Below, piece by piece: positions 10,310-20,151 of a stretch of 64,000 nt of DNA; the stretch's first letter is position 1, and the number at the start of each line of letters is the position of its first letter. Below the pieces are notes generated by a model, which worked only from the letters and a program-made list of their open reading frames with translations, was not told the DNA's origin and did not search any database. The position numbers and the translations under genes are program-made. The DNA is from Bacteroidota bacterium (GTDB lineage: Bacteria; Bacteroidota; Ignavibacteria; SZUA-365), in the NCBI GenBank assembly GCA_034002405.1, contig JAVFAS010000007.1:4015-68014 (forward strand). Direction: 5' to 3'.

Positions 10310-12618
10310 TCCGCCGCGCGCAGCGACCAGCCGGCCCGCCGCGCGTCATCCCAGAACCGCGGATAGGATTTGCTCACCGACCAGGGGCGGTCGAGCACGA
10401 TTTCGGACGATGTGACAAGCGTCAGCAGCATCCCGGCCATCACCAGTCGATGGTCTCCATTCGTGTGGAAGACTGCCTCCGGTTTCAGTACCGGTGCGGG
10501 ACGCAGCACCAATCCGTCGGGACGCGGCTCGACGTCCACACCCAGTGCGCGCAGCGATTCGGCGAACTCGTCGATACGGTTCGATTCCTTGATACGGAGA
10601 TGGGCCGCGCCGGTGAAGGTCACCGGATGCGCCGCGGTGAGCGCGGCGACCGACAGCACGGGCAGGAGGTCGGGTACCGCCGAGAGATCGATGGTCCGTG
10701 GTGCGCGGCGGGCCTCGCGCAACGCCGCGAGATAGGTCTCCACCGCACCATCCGGTTGCCGCGGGATACGTGCCTTTTGTCCCGCCTCGATCGGGTGCCC
10801 GAGAAAACGCGCCACGCTCCACACCGCGGCCGAGCTCTCGTCGGCATCAATCTCGAGTGTGAGCTTGGTGTTGAGGCGTTCGGTCTGATTCACCGCGATC
10901 ACGTCGCCATGCGCGATGATTTCCACGCCCGCCTGCTCGAGCAGCGAGAATGTCATGTCGAGATACGGCCGGCTCACGGGTTCGCCAAGCAGGCGTATCG
11001 TGAACGGATGCTCCGCACCCACCGCGAGCAGCGCGATCGCGGAGACGAACTGTGACGACTGCGACGGGTCAATCGAGAACATGCCCGGCAGGTCGCGCCA
11101 CCCGCGTACGACATAGCCCTGTCCCGATCCGTCGTGAAACGACTCGATCGATGCGCCGGCGCTCCGCAGGGAACGGATGAGCGCGTCATGGGGACGCTGC
11201 ATCAGCGCCGGAGAAAGCAGTAGCTTGGTGGGACGGACACTCGTGCAGCACAGCGCCAGAAGAAAGCGGAACGTCGTCCCGCCCTCGCAGACGAAGAGAG
11301 TCCGATCCGTTTCTCCGTCAATGGCATCGAAATCACGATTGAGATTGTCGACCACGTACCCGCGCGGCGTATCCTCGACGGGATACCCGAGCGCGCGCAG
11401 TCCGCGCAGCATGCAGCGCACATCGTCCGCCTCGCTGCGACCGATGATCGTGGTGCGCCCCATGCGCTGCGCGGCGATCACCAGCGCGCGGTTGAGTTCG
11501 GACTTGCTCGCCTCGATATGCAGCGGGGCGGGACGCGGCGCGACGCACCGTACCCGCACGCGCAGGCTGGAAAACCAAACGAGGGACTCCCGCAGCGCGG
11601 TGGTCCAATCCGACGCGCTGATCGCGGTCGTGACCAACGGATCGCCCAGATCGCGCAGCAGCACCGAGCGCAAGTGATTTTCCTCCCGCTTCTTGTCCCG
11701 CGACATCGCGGCATGCAGCACGTCATCGGACGGCAATTCGGGCAAGGGAACAAGCAACGGGAACAGCGTCGCCCGGCAGAAACCGGCGGTTGCCGGAAGC
11801 ATCCCCTCCCGTTCGGACAGACGGAGCGCGGCGGCCATGCCCCAGGCCACGGCGGAACCATGACTCAGATGCGTGGTCAGCTCGAGGGCATGCGCGAGCG
11901 TGTGGCCGAAATTGAGCACCGTCCGCAGCCCGTGCGTCTCCCGCGGATCCTGTTCCACGATACGCTGCTTGAGACCGACGGCGTGCACGATCATCGTCGC
12001 AAGCAATGCACCCACTTCCGTGAATGGTGCGTAGGTCAGGTGCTCGACCTGAGCCGCATCGAGCGCCCGCGCGCTGCTGGCATCGCCGAGCCACAGCACC
12101 TTGAGCATTTCGACCATGCCATCACGACGCTGGGTCAACGGAAGCGTGTCGAGGAATTCCTCGACGAGAAAGACACGGTCGGCGGGATAAAACGTCCCGA
12201 GCTGGTTTTTTGCATTCCCCAGATTGACCGCGGTTTTCCCGCCATGCGCCGAGTCGACCATGGCGACCATGGTGGTGGGAACATGCCAGAGTCCGACGCC
12301 GCGCCAGAGAATGCTCGCGAGAAATCCCACCGCGTCACCGATGCTGCCCCCGCCCACCGCGACCAGCAGCAACGGCTTGCTCGAGCGACGCTGCAACACC
12401 GTCATGGCGAGCTGCTCGATCCCGGCCAGCGTTTTGAGCTTTTCCCCCGCATCGACCAGGATCGGATGATCGAATCGATCGAGGAAGCGCGCCGGAAGGC
12501 GCCGGTCGGCGACGACGATGGCGTCCGCCGGAAGGGTCAGTTCCCCGAGCGCGCGCACACGTTCGAAGAGGGTGCGCGGTGATTGCGTCGTGAGGGGATC
12601 GAGGTTTCCATCCATCAT
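10306..12618 (-). CDS. aroBA: bifunctional 3-dehydroquinate synthase / 3-phosphoshikimate 1-carboxyvinyltransferase (AroB-AroA fusion, 770 aa)
   Basis: Residues 1 to about 345 carry DHQS motifs (LLVAVGGGSIGDAVGF, WHVPTTMVAMVDSAHGGKTAVNL). Residues from about 350 to 770 carry EPSP synthase motifs (ASKSELNRALVIAA, DDVRCMLRGL, LFVCEGGTTFRF, KESNRI, DHRLVMAG). One uninterrupted frame. Confidence 0.8.
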   Translation of the reverse strand: MMDGNLDPLTTQSPRTLFERVRALGELTLPADAIVVADRRLPARFLDRFDHPILVDAGEKLKTLAGIEQLAMTVLQRRSSKPLLLVAVGGGSIGDAVGFLASILWRGVGLWHVPTTMVAMVDSAHGGKTAVNLGNAKNQLGTFYPADRVFLVEEFLDTLPLTQRRDGMVEMLKVLWLGDASSARALDAAQVEHLTYAPFTEVGALLATMIVHAVGLKQRIVEQDPRETHGLRTVLNFGHTLAHALELTTHLSHGSAVAWGMAAALRLSEREGMLPATAGFCRATLFPLLVPLPELPSDDVLHAAMSRDKKREENHLRSVLLRDLGDPLVTTAISASDWTTALRESLVWFSSLRVRVRCVAPRPAPLHIEASKSELNRALVIAAQRMGRTTIIGRSEADDVRCMLRGLRALGYPVEDTPRGYVVDNLNRDFDAIDGETDRTLFVCEGGTTFRFLLALCCTSVRPTKLLLSPALMQRPHDALIRSLRSAGASIESFHDGSGQGYVVRGWRDLPGMFSIDPSQSSQFVSAIALLAVGAEHPFTIRLLGEPVSRPYLDMTFSLLEQAGVEIIAHGDVIAVNQTERLNTKLTLEIDADESSAAVWSVARFLGHPIEAGQKARIPRQPDGAVETYLAALREARRAPRTIDLSAVPDLLPVLSVAALTAAHPVTFTGAAHLRIKESNRIDEFAESLRALGVDVEPRPDGLVLRPAPVLKPEAVFHTNGDHRLVMAGMLLTLVTSSEIVLDRPWSVSKSYPRFWDDARRAGWSLRAAE

Positions 12619-12627
12619 GGCACGGAC

Positions 12628-14133
12628 CTACCGGAACATTTCGTCCACCTTCACGATGCGGATCTTCTCCGTCGTGAATGGCAGTTGATGATTCGAGATG
12701 TGCGTGTCCTCTTCCAGCACGTCGTCCGGTTTCGGAGTGTCATACACCACCGGACTCGGCGTATTCGCCACCAGCGCGTCACGGAACGCCTCGGCGCCGC
12801 TGGTGACCACGGCGAATTTCACGTTCGCGACCTGGAGGTGCCGGCGAATGGCATCGTTGACCTGCTCGCGCGTGAGCGCCGCGATCTTCCGCCGGAAGAG
12901 CGCGATATAGTCGGCATCGATGCCGTAAAACTTGCTGTCCATCGCCATGCCGAGCCGCTCCGATGTTGTCGTCGCGTATTGCAGGGCGTATTTGTGCAGG
13001 AAACGTTTGGTCAGGTCGAACTGCTCCTGCGTCATTCCGTCCTCCACGACCCGCTGCAATTCCCGCATCGCCGCGCGCAGGGCGAAATGCCGATGCGCGT
13101 GTTGCACGGGACGGATCCACACTTCGAACAGCTGCTGCCGGCGCGCGACATTCTGTGGCGGCATCTGCCGCCGGCCTCCGTTGGGGAAAATCTCGATGTA
13201 CGAGTAGTCCCCGTAATTCATTCCGCGTGCCTCGCGGATCACCTGATAGAGATGCGACGAGGAATTCCGGTGTTCCCCAAACCATGAATTGAACAGCGCG
13301 AGCGCGAAGAAATCCTCGTCCCCGCGCTGCACCGTGATCGGAAAGCCAAAGCTGATGGCCGTGGCATCACAGTCCTTTTCGACGATGAGCATTTCCAACC
13401 CGTCGATCGGTGCCGGGGCGGGCGGGTCGGGTTGTTGCGGCCGGCCCTCGACGAGCGTCCGCAGGTCATTCTCGAGCCGGCGCACGATGGTGTTGTCGTA
13501 GCCGCCGCCCAGACCGAGGACGAAGTTGTCGCGGGTGAACCACTGCGTGTAAAACGCCCGCACGTCGTCGAGCGTGATCGCGTCGAGCCCGGAAATCGTC
13601 CCGGCATCGAGATGCCCGTATTTCGTGCCGGCATGGACGAAGTCGAAGAAGGCCGCCTTGCCCAGTTCCTCGTCGTTGGCGTAGCGCAACGACTTCTCGA
13701 TGCCGTTGCGCATATCGGTCTTGATGCGAACGAAGTCATCCTCGCGGAAGGCGGGATGCAGGATGGCGTCGGTAAACAGCGGGTAGTACTCCTCGAGATT
13801 GTCGCGATGCACGCGGCCGCTGATGACCGTCATCTCCTTGTCGACACTCGCGCCGTAGCCCGCGGCCAGCGGATACAGCGCCTCCATGATCTCTTCATAG
13901 CCACGCGTCGCCGTCGCGCCCTCGGTCAGCATCGTGGCAGTCAGCAGCGCGAGACCTTCCTTTCCCGGGGGATCGCATTGCGACCCGGTCTTGAACCACA
14001 CGCGGATGGAAATGGTCGGATCGTCGGTGACCGGAAGAAGGACGGTGCGTTCGGATGACGGCACGTCGCAGGCACTCATGAGCAGTCCCATGGCAATGAT
14101 GGCAGGAAAAGGAAGGAACCGGGTGCGTGTCAT
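12628..14133 (-). CDS. M16 family peptidase, probable non-catalytic partner (lipoprotein, no HxxEH)
   Basis: Pitrilysin-like fold signature regions but no inverted zincin motif. N-terminal lipobox LLMSAC. Sits immediately downstream of the catalytic M16 gene. Confidence 0.7.
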   Translation of the reverse strand: MTRTRFLPFPAIIAMGLLMSACDVPSSERTVLLPVTDDPTISIRVWFKTGSQCDPPGKEGLALLTATMLTEGATATRGYEEIMEALYPLAAGYGASVDKEMTVISGRVHRDNLEEYYPLFTDAILHPAFREDDFVRIKTDMRNGIEKSLRYANDEELGKAAFFDFVHAGTKYGHLDAGTISGLDAITLDDVRAFYTQWFTRDNFVLGLGGGYDNTIVRRLENDLRTLVEGRPQQPDPPAPAPIDGLEMLIVEKDCDATAISFGFPITVQRGDEDFFALALFNSWFGEHRNSSSHLYQVIREARGMNYGDYSYIEIFPNGGRRQMPPQNVARRQQLFEVWIRPVQHAHRHFALRAAMRELQRVVEDGMTQEQFDLTKRFLHKYALQYATTTSERLGMAMDSKFYGIDADYIALFRRKIAALTREQVNDAIRRHLQVANVKFAVVTSGAEAFRDALVANTPSPVVYDTPKPDDVLEEDTHISNHQLPFTTEKIRIVKVDEMFR

Positions 14134-14135
14134 GA

Positions 14136-15494
14136 TCAGTCCCTCCCCGTGAGCGTGGCGACCGTGCGTCGCGCGGGTGTCAGATACGTCTCCGCGGCAC
14201 GGCGCAGATCCTCGGCGGTCACCGCGTCATAGGCGGCATGGAGTTCGTCGACCACCGCGACCCCCCCGGTGATCGCGACCAGGCGCGCGAGGCGCCCGGC
14301 GACCTTGTCCGGCGTGTCGAGGTTCATGAGAAACGAATATTTCAGTCTTTTTTTCTGATTCTCCAGTTTTTTCGCCGGGAGTGGGCCGGCGAGGAAGGTC
14401 TCCACCGCGCGGTCGATCTCGCCGAGCACGGCGGACAGGTCGGTGGCATCCTTCACGACCGCGTACACGGTCCACAGCCCCGGATCGCGGTTGAAGCCGA
14501 AATCCGCGCCGATGGACTGGACCTTCTGTTCGGTGAGCACCAGCTTCTTGTAGATGTCGCTGGTCTCCCCGAAGAGCAGATCCTCGAGCAGCGTGCCCGC
14601 CACCATCGTCCGGTCGGAAACGTCGAAGCGCGGACCCTTGTACGCCACCGCGAGCAGCGGCAGTGTGCGTCCGTCATACCGCACGGTGATGCGGCGCTCC
14701 GCGGTCTGCGGGGGTTCGACCGGAATGCGCGGCGGGACATATCCGGTTTTCCAGCCGCCGTAGTATTTCCGGACCAGTTCCAACGCCGCCGTCGTCTTGA
14801 AATCGCCGACGAGCAGGAGGACGACATTCTCGGGCCGGTAATAGCGGTTGAAGAATTCCTTGCTGTAGGCATACATCGTCGGCATGGCCTTGATATCCGC
14901 TTCGTAGCCCATGGTCGTATGACCGTAGGTGTGTTTGGTGAACGCCGCGGCCTGCAGCGCCTCGAACAGCACCTCCCACGGACTCGTCCGGTTCTTCCGA
15001 TATTCCCCGTACACGGCGCCCGCTTCGGTCTGGAACGGTACCTCGGCGTACTCGAGATACTGGAAGCGATCGCTTTCGATCTTGATCACCGTCTCGAGAT
15101 CCTCCGCCGCGAAGGAAAGATGATACGCCGTCAGGTCGTCGGTGGTGTAGGCGTTGGCGTCGGCACCCATGCCCGTGACGGTGCGGTCATACAGCGCGGC
15201 GGGATAGTTTTTCGTGCCACGGAACATCATGTGTTCGAAGAAATGCGCGAAGCCCGTCTTTCCCGCTTCATACTCGTCGCGCGAACCGGTGCGCACGACG
15301 CTGTAATAGGACATGAGGCCGCCTCCGGACATCGGGATCAGAATGACCCGCAACCCGTTGTCGAGCACATGGGTCTCGGCGGCATAGGGAAAGACACCAT
15401 CGCCACCCGGCGCCGCGCGCAGCGTTCCACCGGTCATGGTGATGGCAAACATGACGAACATCAACGGTTTCACGGTTCCTCCTCGTTCGATCAT
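14136..15494 (-). CDS. M16 family zinc peptidase (insulinase/pitrilysin-like), catalytic subunit
   Basis: HFFEHMMFRGT carries the HxxEH zinc-binding motif, with a downstream Glu in the expected position. Signal peptide. The start may be an internal Met. Confidence 0.8.
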   Translation of the reverse strand: MIERGGTVKPLMFVMFAITMTGGTLRAAPGGDGVFPYAAETHVLDNGLRVILIPMSGGGLMSYYSVVRTGSRDEYEAGKTGFAHFFEHMMFRGTKNYPAALYDRTVTGMGADANAYTTDDLTAYHLSFAAEDLETVIKIESDRFQYLEYAEVPFQTEAGAVYGEYRKNRTSPWEVLFEALQAAAFTKHTYGHTTMGYEADIKAMPTMYAYSKEFFNRYYRPENVVLLLVGDFKTTAALELVRKYYGGWKTGYVPPRIPVEPPQTAERRITVRYDGRTLPLLAVAYKGPRFDVSDRTMVAGTLLEDLLFGETSDIYKKLVLTEQKVQSIGADFGFNRDPGLWTVYAVVKDATDLSAVLGEIDRAVETFLAGPLPAKKLENQKKRLKYSFLMNLDTPDKVAGRLARLVAITGGVAVVDELHAAYDAVTAEDLRRAAETYLTPARRTVATLTGRD

Positions 15495-15615
15495 TCCTGC
15501 ACTGGGGATGTGTGTTGCATGGAAGAAAGTTAGGCAAAGGGAAAGAAGGGAGCAATTCAGGGAAATCAGTATATTTTTTTATTGATTGCCATGCACGCCC
15601 GTGGAGCCGGAAAGA

Positions 15616-17139
15616 ATGACCATGCTGCTCGATGACCTCCAGCGCGCCCGGATTCTCGCCCTCGCGGAAGACACCGCGGCGGATGACGAACGCCGGCGCA
15701 ATGCCCGCATCCTTCTCGCCTATGACGACGGTGGCGACACCCGGGAAATCGCCACCGCGGTCGGCCTGTCCGAAAGCCGCGTGCGGTACTGGCGGGGCGT
15801 GTTCCGCAAATACGGGATGACCATGTTCGACACCGACTTCGCGCCGCCCGTCCACCGCCGTCCCGCCGCGGAACGCGCCGCGGCGGACCATCCCTTCGTC
15901 CTGCCGGAGGCGGACCGCGCCGCGCTCGAACGGCGTGCGGCCGATGAAACGGATGAGCAGGTCCGCATCCGCATCACCCTGCTGCTCGCGTATGCCGACG
16001 GTGCCCAGACCGACGAGATCGCGCGCATGGTGGGACTTTCCCCCAGCCGGACCCGCTACTGGCGCCGCACCTACGAGCGCGTGGGCCTGCGCATGTTCGA
16101 TGCCGACGAAACCGCCCGGCCGCGGCCCACGACACGGCACCCCCGTCGCGACGCGTCGGTCGCGGTGGATGCGGACGCGAAGTCACCGGAGATGCCGGGC
16201 ATCCTGCCCGAGGATTCGTCGTCGGAAGCGGGACGGAAAGTGCTGCGCATGTATTTCGAGGAATTTCTCCGCCGGGAGGCGCAGCCGGACATCGACACCG
16301 ACCCGGAAATCGTTCACAAGATGCGCGTGGCCACGCGCCGCCTCCGCTCGACCTTCGAGATCTTCGATGGGGCCTTCGAGCCCCGATCAATCCGGAAGTT
16401 CCGCAAGCCGCTGCGCCAGCTCGGTCGCGTGCTGGGATATGTCCGTGATCTCGACGTCCTGCTCATGCACATGCGTGGCTACGCCGCCACGCTCCGCACC
16501 GACGACGCCGCCTCGTTCGCCCCGCTGCTGGCGGCATGGGAAGAAGAGCGCATGGTCCTTTTTGCCGCGCTGCGCGCGCATCTCGAGACCCCAGCGTACC
16601 TCGCATTCCGCGAGAGTTTCCGGAAATTCGTCGACACCCCCGGAGCGGGCGCGGTTCCGGATCCGGAGATCATTCCCGGGGTTCCCCGCCGCATCGCCCA
16701 TATCGCGCCCGAGCTGATGCTCCGGCGCTACACCGACGTGCTCGCGTTCGAGCCCTTCATCGAACGCGCATCGATCGACCTGCTGCACCGGCTGCGCATG
16801 CAGTGCAAGAAGCTGCGCTACACGATGGAGTGCTTCACCGAGCTGCTTGGTCCCGGCGGACGCAAGGCCATCCGCCAGGTGGTTGTGCTGCAGGATTATC
16901 TCGGAGAGCTTCAGGACGGCCAGGCGGCAAGCGACATGATCACGGATTTCGTCAGTGGACTCGACGTCCGGCAGTCCTCGCGTCCCTTGCACGAACGCCT
17001 CAATCCCGCCCCTCTCCTGCAATACCTCGCCACGCGCGAAGCCCACAAACATGCACTGCTGCTCGGTGTCGCCGTGGCCTGGAACGAATTCCGCACCCTC
17101 GATCTGCGCAAACGCCTGCTCCGCGCGCTGTTGCCGTAA
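15616..17139 (+). CDS. tandem winged-HTH (IS630/HTH_23-like) x2 fused to a C-terminal CHAD domain
   Basis: Start MTMLLDDLQRARILAL. Two internally repeated segments (ARILLAYDDGGDTREIATAVGLSESRVRYWRGVFRKYGMTMFD and RITLLLAYADGAQTDEIARMVGLSPSRTRYWRRTYERVGLRMFD). The C-terminal about 280 aa (EIVHKMRVATRRLRSTFEIF...LRYTMECF) is typical of the conserved histidine alpha-helical domain. Confidence 0.65.
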   Translation: MTMLLDDLQRARILALAEDTAADDERRRNARILLAYDDGGDTREIATAVGLSESRVRYWRGVFRKYGMTMFDTDFAPPVHRRPAAERAAADHPFVLPEADRAALERRAADETDEQVRIRITLLLAYADGAQTDEIARMVGLSPSRTRYWRRTYERVGLRMFDADETARPRPTTRHPRRDASVAVDADAKSPEMPGILPEDSSSEAGRKVLRMYFEEFLRREAQPDIDTDPEIVHKMRVATRRLRSTFEIFDGAFEPRSIRKFRKPLRQLGRVLGYVRDLDVLLMHMRGYAATLRTDDAASFAPLLAAWEEERMVLFAALRAHLETPAYLAFRESFRKFVDTPGAGAVPDPEIIPGVPRRIAHIAPELMLRRYTDVLAFEPFIERASIDLLHRLRMQCKKLRYTMECFTELLGPGGRKAIRQVVVLQDYLGELQDGQAASDMITDFVSGLDVRQSSRPLHERLNPAPLLQYLATREAHKHALLLGVAVAWNEFRTLDLRKRLLRALLP

Positions 17140-17194
17140 TCATGGCTGATGGCTGATAGCCAGCGTGTAACATCCGCCCGGGCATTCCGTATAC

Positions 17195-17229
17195 ACGAGA
17201 ATATCGGCGTATTCGCTCTCATTCTCGTG
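17195..17229 (+). promoter_or_regulatory. perfect 9-bp inverted repeat CACGAGAAT-N17-ATTCTCGTG about 20 nt upstream of the TPR gene
   Basis: Read directly from the sequence. Candidate operator. Confidence 0.4.
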
Positions 17230-17249
17230 AATTTGTCCGGGAGACCGCC

Positions 17250-19493
17250 ATGGGTGTCGCATGGAACCGAGCGTGCATTGCTCTCCCCTTCCGCTTCTTC
17301 CTCTTCCTTGTTCTCCTTGTTCCACTCGCGGTCTCCGCGCAGACGCATCCGCCCGGCGCGCGGGAGGATGCACGGGACCACACCCGGGATTCACGCGAGG
17401 AGGCCGCTCGGGATCCGCGGTCGGTTGCAACGCTGCTCGCGACGGCACGGTCGCTGATCGCGGAACGATCGATCCGAGGACGGATGCTCGCGACGGATCT
17501 GCTCGAACGCGCGGTGTTGCGCGATCCCGCTCATGTGGAGGCACGATTGCTTCTTGCCCGTCTGTACGAGTATCGCGCCGTGCGTAGCGCCGTCGCCGCG
17601 TATGAACGGGTGCTCGTGCTTGATTCCACGAACGCGGAAGCGTGGTATCGCCTGGGCGTGATCGCCGAACGCCGCTTCCGTGAGTGGCAGCAATCGGCGA
17701 ACCTCGTCCGCACCCCCGAGGTGTATGTGAATCGTCAAAGCGATCTGACCGACTATATCATCGGATCGATCGGCGATGAGGAAGCATCGAATTTCCAGTA
17801 TGACCGCATCGCGCGGACGGACGCGCAGCTCGTTCCCCTGCAAGCATCGGCGGGGGACGATTTCGCCAGGGCGGTCGAATGTCTGACCAATGCGTTGCGA
17901 TACGACCCCGAGAACGCCGACGCCGCCCGCCAGTTGGTCCTTCTCTTCACCGCGGTGCATCCCGATCAACACGCGCGTGCCGCGGTGAGCCACGCCGCGT
18001 CTTCCTTCCCTCTGGAGAAGGAAATCCAACTCGGGCATGCTCTGATCCAATACCGCTGCGGAGATTTCGCGGCCGCGCGCGCGGGCTTCGCGCGAGCTTG
18101 GCGCTTGATGACCGCGCGGGAGCGGCGGGCATACGAATTCGATGGCACCCTCGAATTGCTCAGGTACAAACACGGAGACGACATCCGCCGACATTCCGCC
18201 CCTGCGCTGGTACGGGTCTTCCGCGAGTTCTGGAATACGGCGGACCCGCTCTATCTGACGGCGGAGAATGAAGCCGAGCTCGAGCATTTCGCGCGCATCG
18301 CGCATGCGGAGCTGCTTTTCTCGCGTCCACTGCTGGGCGAAGCGGGATGGAGCAGCGACCGCGGCAAGACTACGCTTCGACTCGGACTCCCGGACCAGGT
18401 CCTCCGGCTGCGTCCCGAAATCGAGGTCGGGGGCCCGCGCCTGAATAAAACCGAACTCTGGTTTTACAATGATGCGGTGATGAGTTTCACCGACGAGTAC
18501 AATTCCGGCGGTTTCCGCTTCAGCATGCCCTTGACAGGTGATGGAACCCAGGGAGGCATTGACGGTGCCCGGCTGTATGAGGATCTCGCCAGGACGACGG
18601 TCTGGGCGGGAAATCCGATGTACCGGCGTCCCGCCTTGCACATCCCCTGCGCCATCACTCGCTTCCGCTGTCTGGAGAGCACTCGGACCAGCGATGTCGA
18701 TCTCCTTGTTTCGTCCGCGGTCGTGATGATTCCGTCCGGCGGCGCGACAGACGCCCCCGCGGGCGATTCCGCATCCCGTGCATGTGATGGGGGCTATCAA
18801 TTTGGTTTTTTCCTGCTCGATGCGCAGGGCCGGCGAACGCTCGCCGCACGGGATTCGCTGATGCCACCACCCGAGATCCGTGACCGGAACGCCGGCGTGA
18901 TGGACACGACCCTGATTCATTGCCACACACTCTTCAGCCCACCCGACTCGGGCCTCTGTTCGATCGAATGGCTGCGCCCGAGCGATGGCGCGGCCCAGGT
19001 CCTGCGTCTACCGTTCTCGACCGGGCGCTTCGACCAGCGGCCCGCTCTCAGTGATATTCTTCTGGCGCGGGAGGTCCGTCTTGACGATGGACGCCCCGCC
19101 CCCCTGCGCCGCCATGGCCGGGCCATCGTTCCCAATCCCTCATATCGGATATCAAGATCCGAACAGCCGGTTCTTTATTTCGAGATCTACGATCTCGGGC
19201 GGGATGCGGAGGGATGGACGGATTTCGATCTGGAGTTCAGTATCGCTCCCACGCGCGGGGGGCGGACGGGCGGTGGATTCTGGTCGTCGCTGCTTTCCAC
19301 CCTTGGCTTGCATGCCGACCATCACACACGCACGACGACCGGGTATCGTACCGACACGGTCAATCTCCCCATTCACACGGCGCTCGATGTGCAAGCCTTC
19401 CCTGCCGGCGCCTACGAGTTGCGCGTCCGGCTCCGGGATCACATCCGCGACGAGGAGCGCGAGCGGTCATGCCAATTCCACATCGCGCCATGA
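17250..19493 (+). CDS. secreted TPR-repeat protein with a GWxTD-like motif (747 aa)
   Basis: Signal peptide FLFLVLLVPLAVSAQ. TPR-like helical repeats in the N-terminal third. GWSSDRGKT resembles the GWxTD domain motif. No catalytic motifs recognised. Confidence 0.55.
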   Translation: MGVAWNRACIALPFRFFLFLVLLVPLAVSAQTHPPGAREDARDHTRDSREEAARDPRSVATLLATARSLIAERSIRGRMLATDLLERAVLRDPAHVEARLLLARLYEYRAVRSAVAAYERVLVLDSTNAEAWYRLGVIAERRFREWQQSANLVRTPEVYVNRQSDLTDYIIGSIGDEEASNFQYDRIARTDAQLVPLQASAGDDFARAVECLTNALRYDPENADAARQLVLLFTAVHPDQHARAAVSHAASSFPLEKEIQLGHALIQYRCGDFAAARAGFARAWRLMTARERRAYEFDGTLELLRYKHGDDIRRHSAPALVRVFREFWNTADPLYLTAENEAELEHFARIAHAELLFSRPLLGEAGWSSDRGKTTLRLGLPDQVLRLRPEIEVGGPRLNKTELWFYNDAVMSFTDEYNSGGFRFSMPLTGDGTQGGIDGARLYEDLARTTVWAGNPMYRRPALHIPCAITRFRCLESTRTSDVDLLVSSAVVMIPSGGATDAPAGDSASRACDGGYQFGFFLLDAQGRRTLAARDSLMPPPEIRDRNAGVMDTTLIHCHTLFSPPDSGLCSIEWLRPSDGAAQVLRLPFSTGRFDQRPALSDILLAREVRLDDGRPAPLRRHGRAIVPNPSYRISRSEQPVLYFEIYDLGRDAEGWTDFDLEFSIAPTRGGRTGGGFWSSLLSTLGLHADHHTRTTTGYRTDTVNLPIHTALDVQAFPAGAYELRVRLRDHIRDEERERSCQFHIAP

Positions 19494-20134
19494 AACCAGT
19501 ACGCATCCTTCGTCATCACGCACACACGCGTCGGGATCTGGAGACAGGGCTGGTGGTCGGTCTCGGACTGTGTCTTCTCCTCGGTCTCCTCCCCATCCGC
19601 GTGACACAGCGGCCGGAGAAGGTCGTGCGCAGCGCCGAATCCCTTGTCATCGTCTCCGACCATCAGCTTCCACCCCGCACGCGACAACAAGCCGGTCCGC
19701 TGCCACCGCGACCCGGGATCGGTATTTCCGCACCGATTGACGCGCCGCTGGCCGACCTGCCGCTCGACGACCTGTCGCTGGAAGGGGACACCCGGGGCAT
19801 GCATGCATCGGTTGGAACATGGTCACAGGCGATTCCCGGGGCGGGGACACGCGGCGGGACATTCACCGCGTCGAGCGGTCCGGGCACGCCCCCGCGACAA
19901 ATTCTCGAAGTCCTCCCCGAACCCGGTGATGGCTGTGACGGCGCGGTGACCGTACAGCTTGCCATCGGACGGGACGGTCGGGTGCGCTCGCATCGTATCC
20001 GACGCAATTCCCTGGGTGAGGGGACGTGCCTCCAGCGCGTGCTCACGGCGATCTATGCATCGCGGTGGGAGACGTTCGAGGCGCACGACATGCGCGACTC
20101 CGTGATCGTTCGGAAAACCTACTCCCTCGACTGA
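19490..20134 (+). CDS. TonB-family protein (N-terminal TM anchor, Pro-rich linker, TonB C-terminal-like domain)
   Basis: Start overlaps the upstream stop (ATGA). TM segment GLVVGLGLCLLLGLL. Pro-rich PPRTRQQAGPLPPRPG. C-terminal GAVTVQLAIGRDGRVRSHRI...WETFE follows the TonB_C pattern. Confidence 0.5.
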   Translation: MKPVRILRHHAHTRRDLETGLVVGLGLCLLLGLLPIRVTQRPEKVVRSAESLVIVSDHQLPPRTRQQAGPLPPRPGIGISAPIDAPLADLPLDDLSLEGDTRGMHASVGTWSQAIPGAGTRGGTFTASSGPGTPPRQILEVLPEPGDGCDGAVTVQLAIGRDGRVRSHRIRRNSLGEGTCLQRVLTAIYASRWETFEAHDMRDSVIVRKTYSLD

Positions 20135-20151
20135 TCCGGTCACATGCCGCG

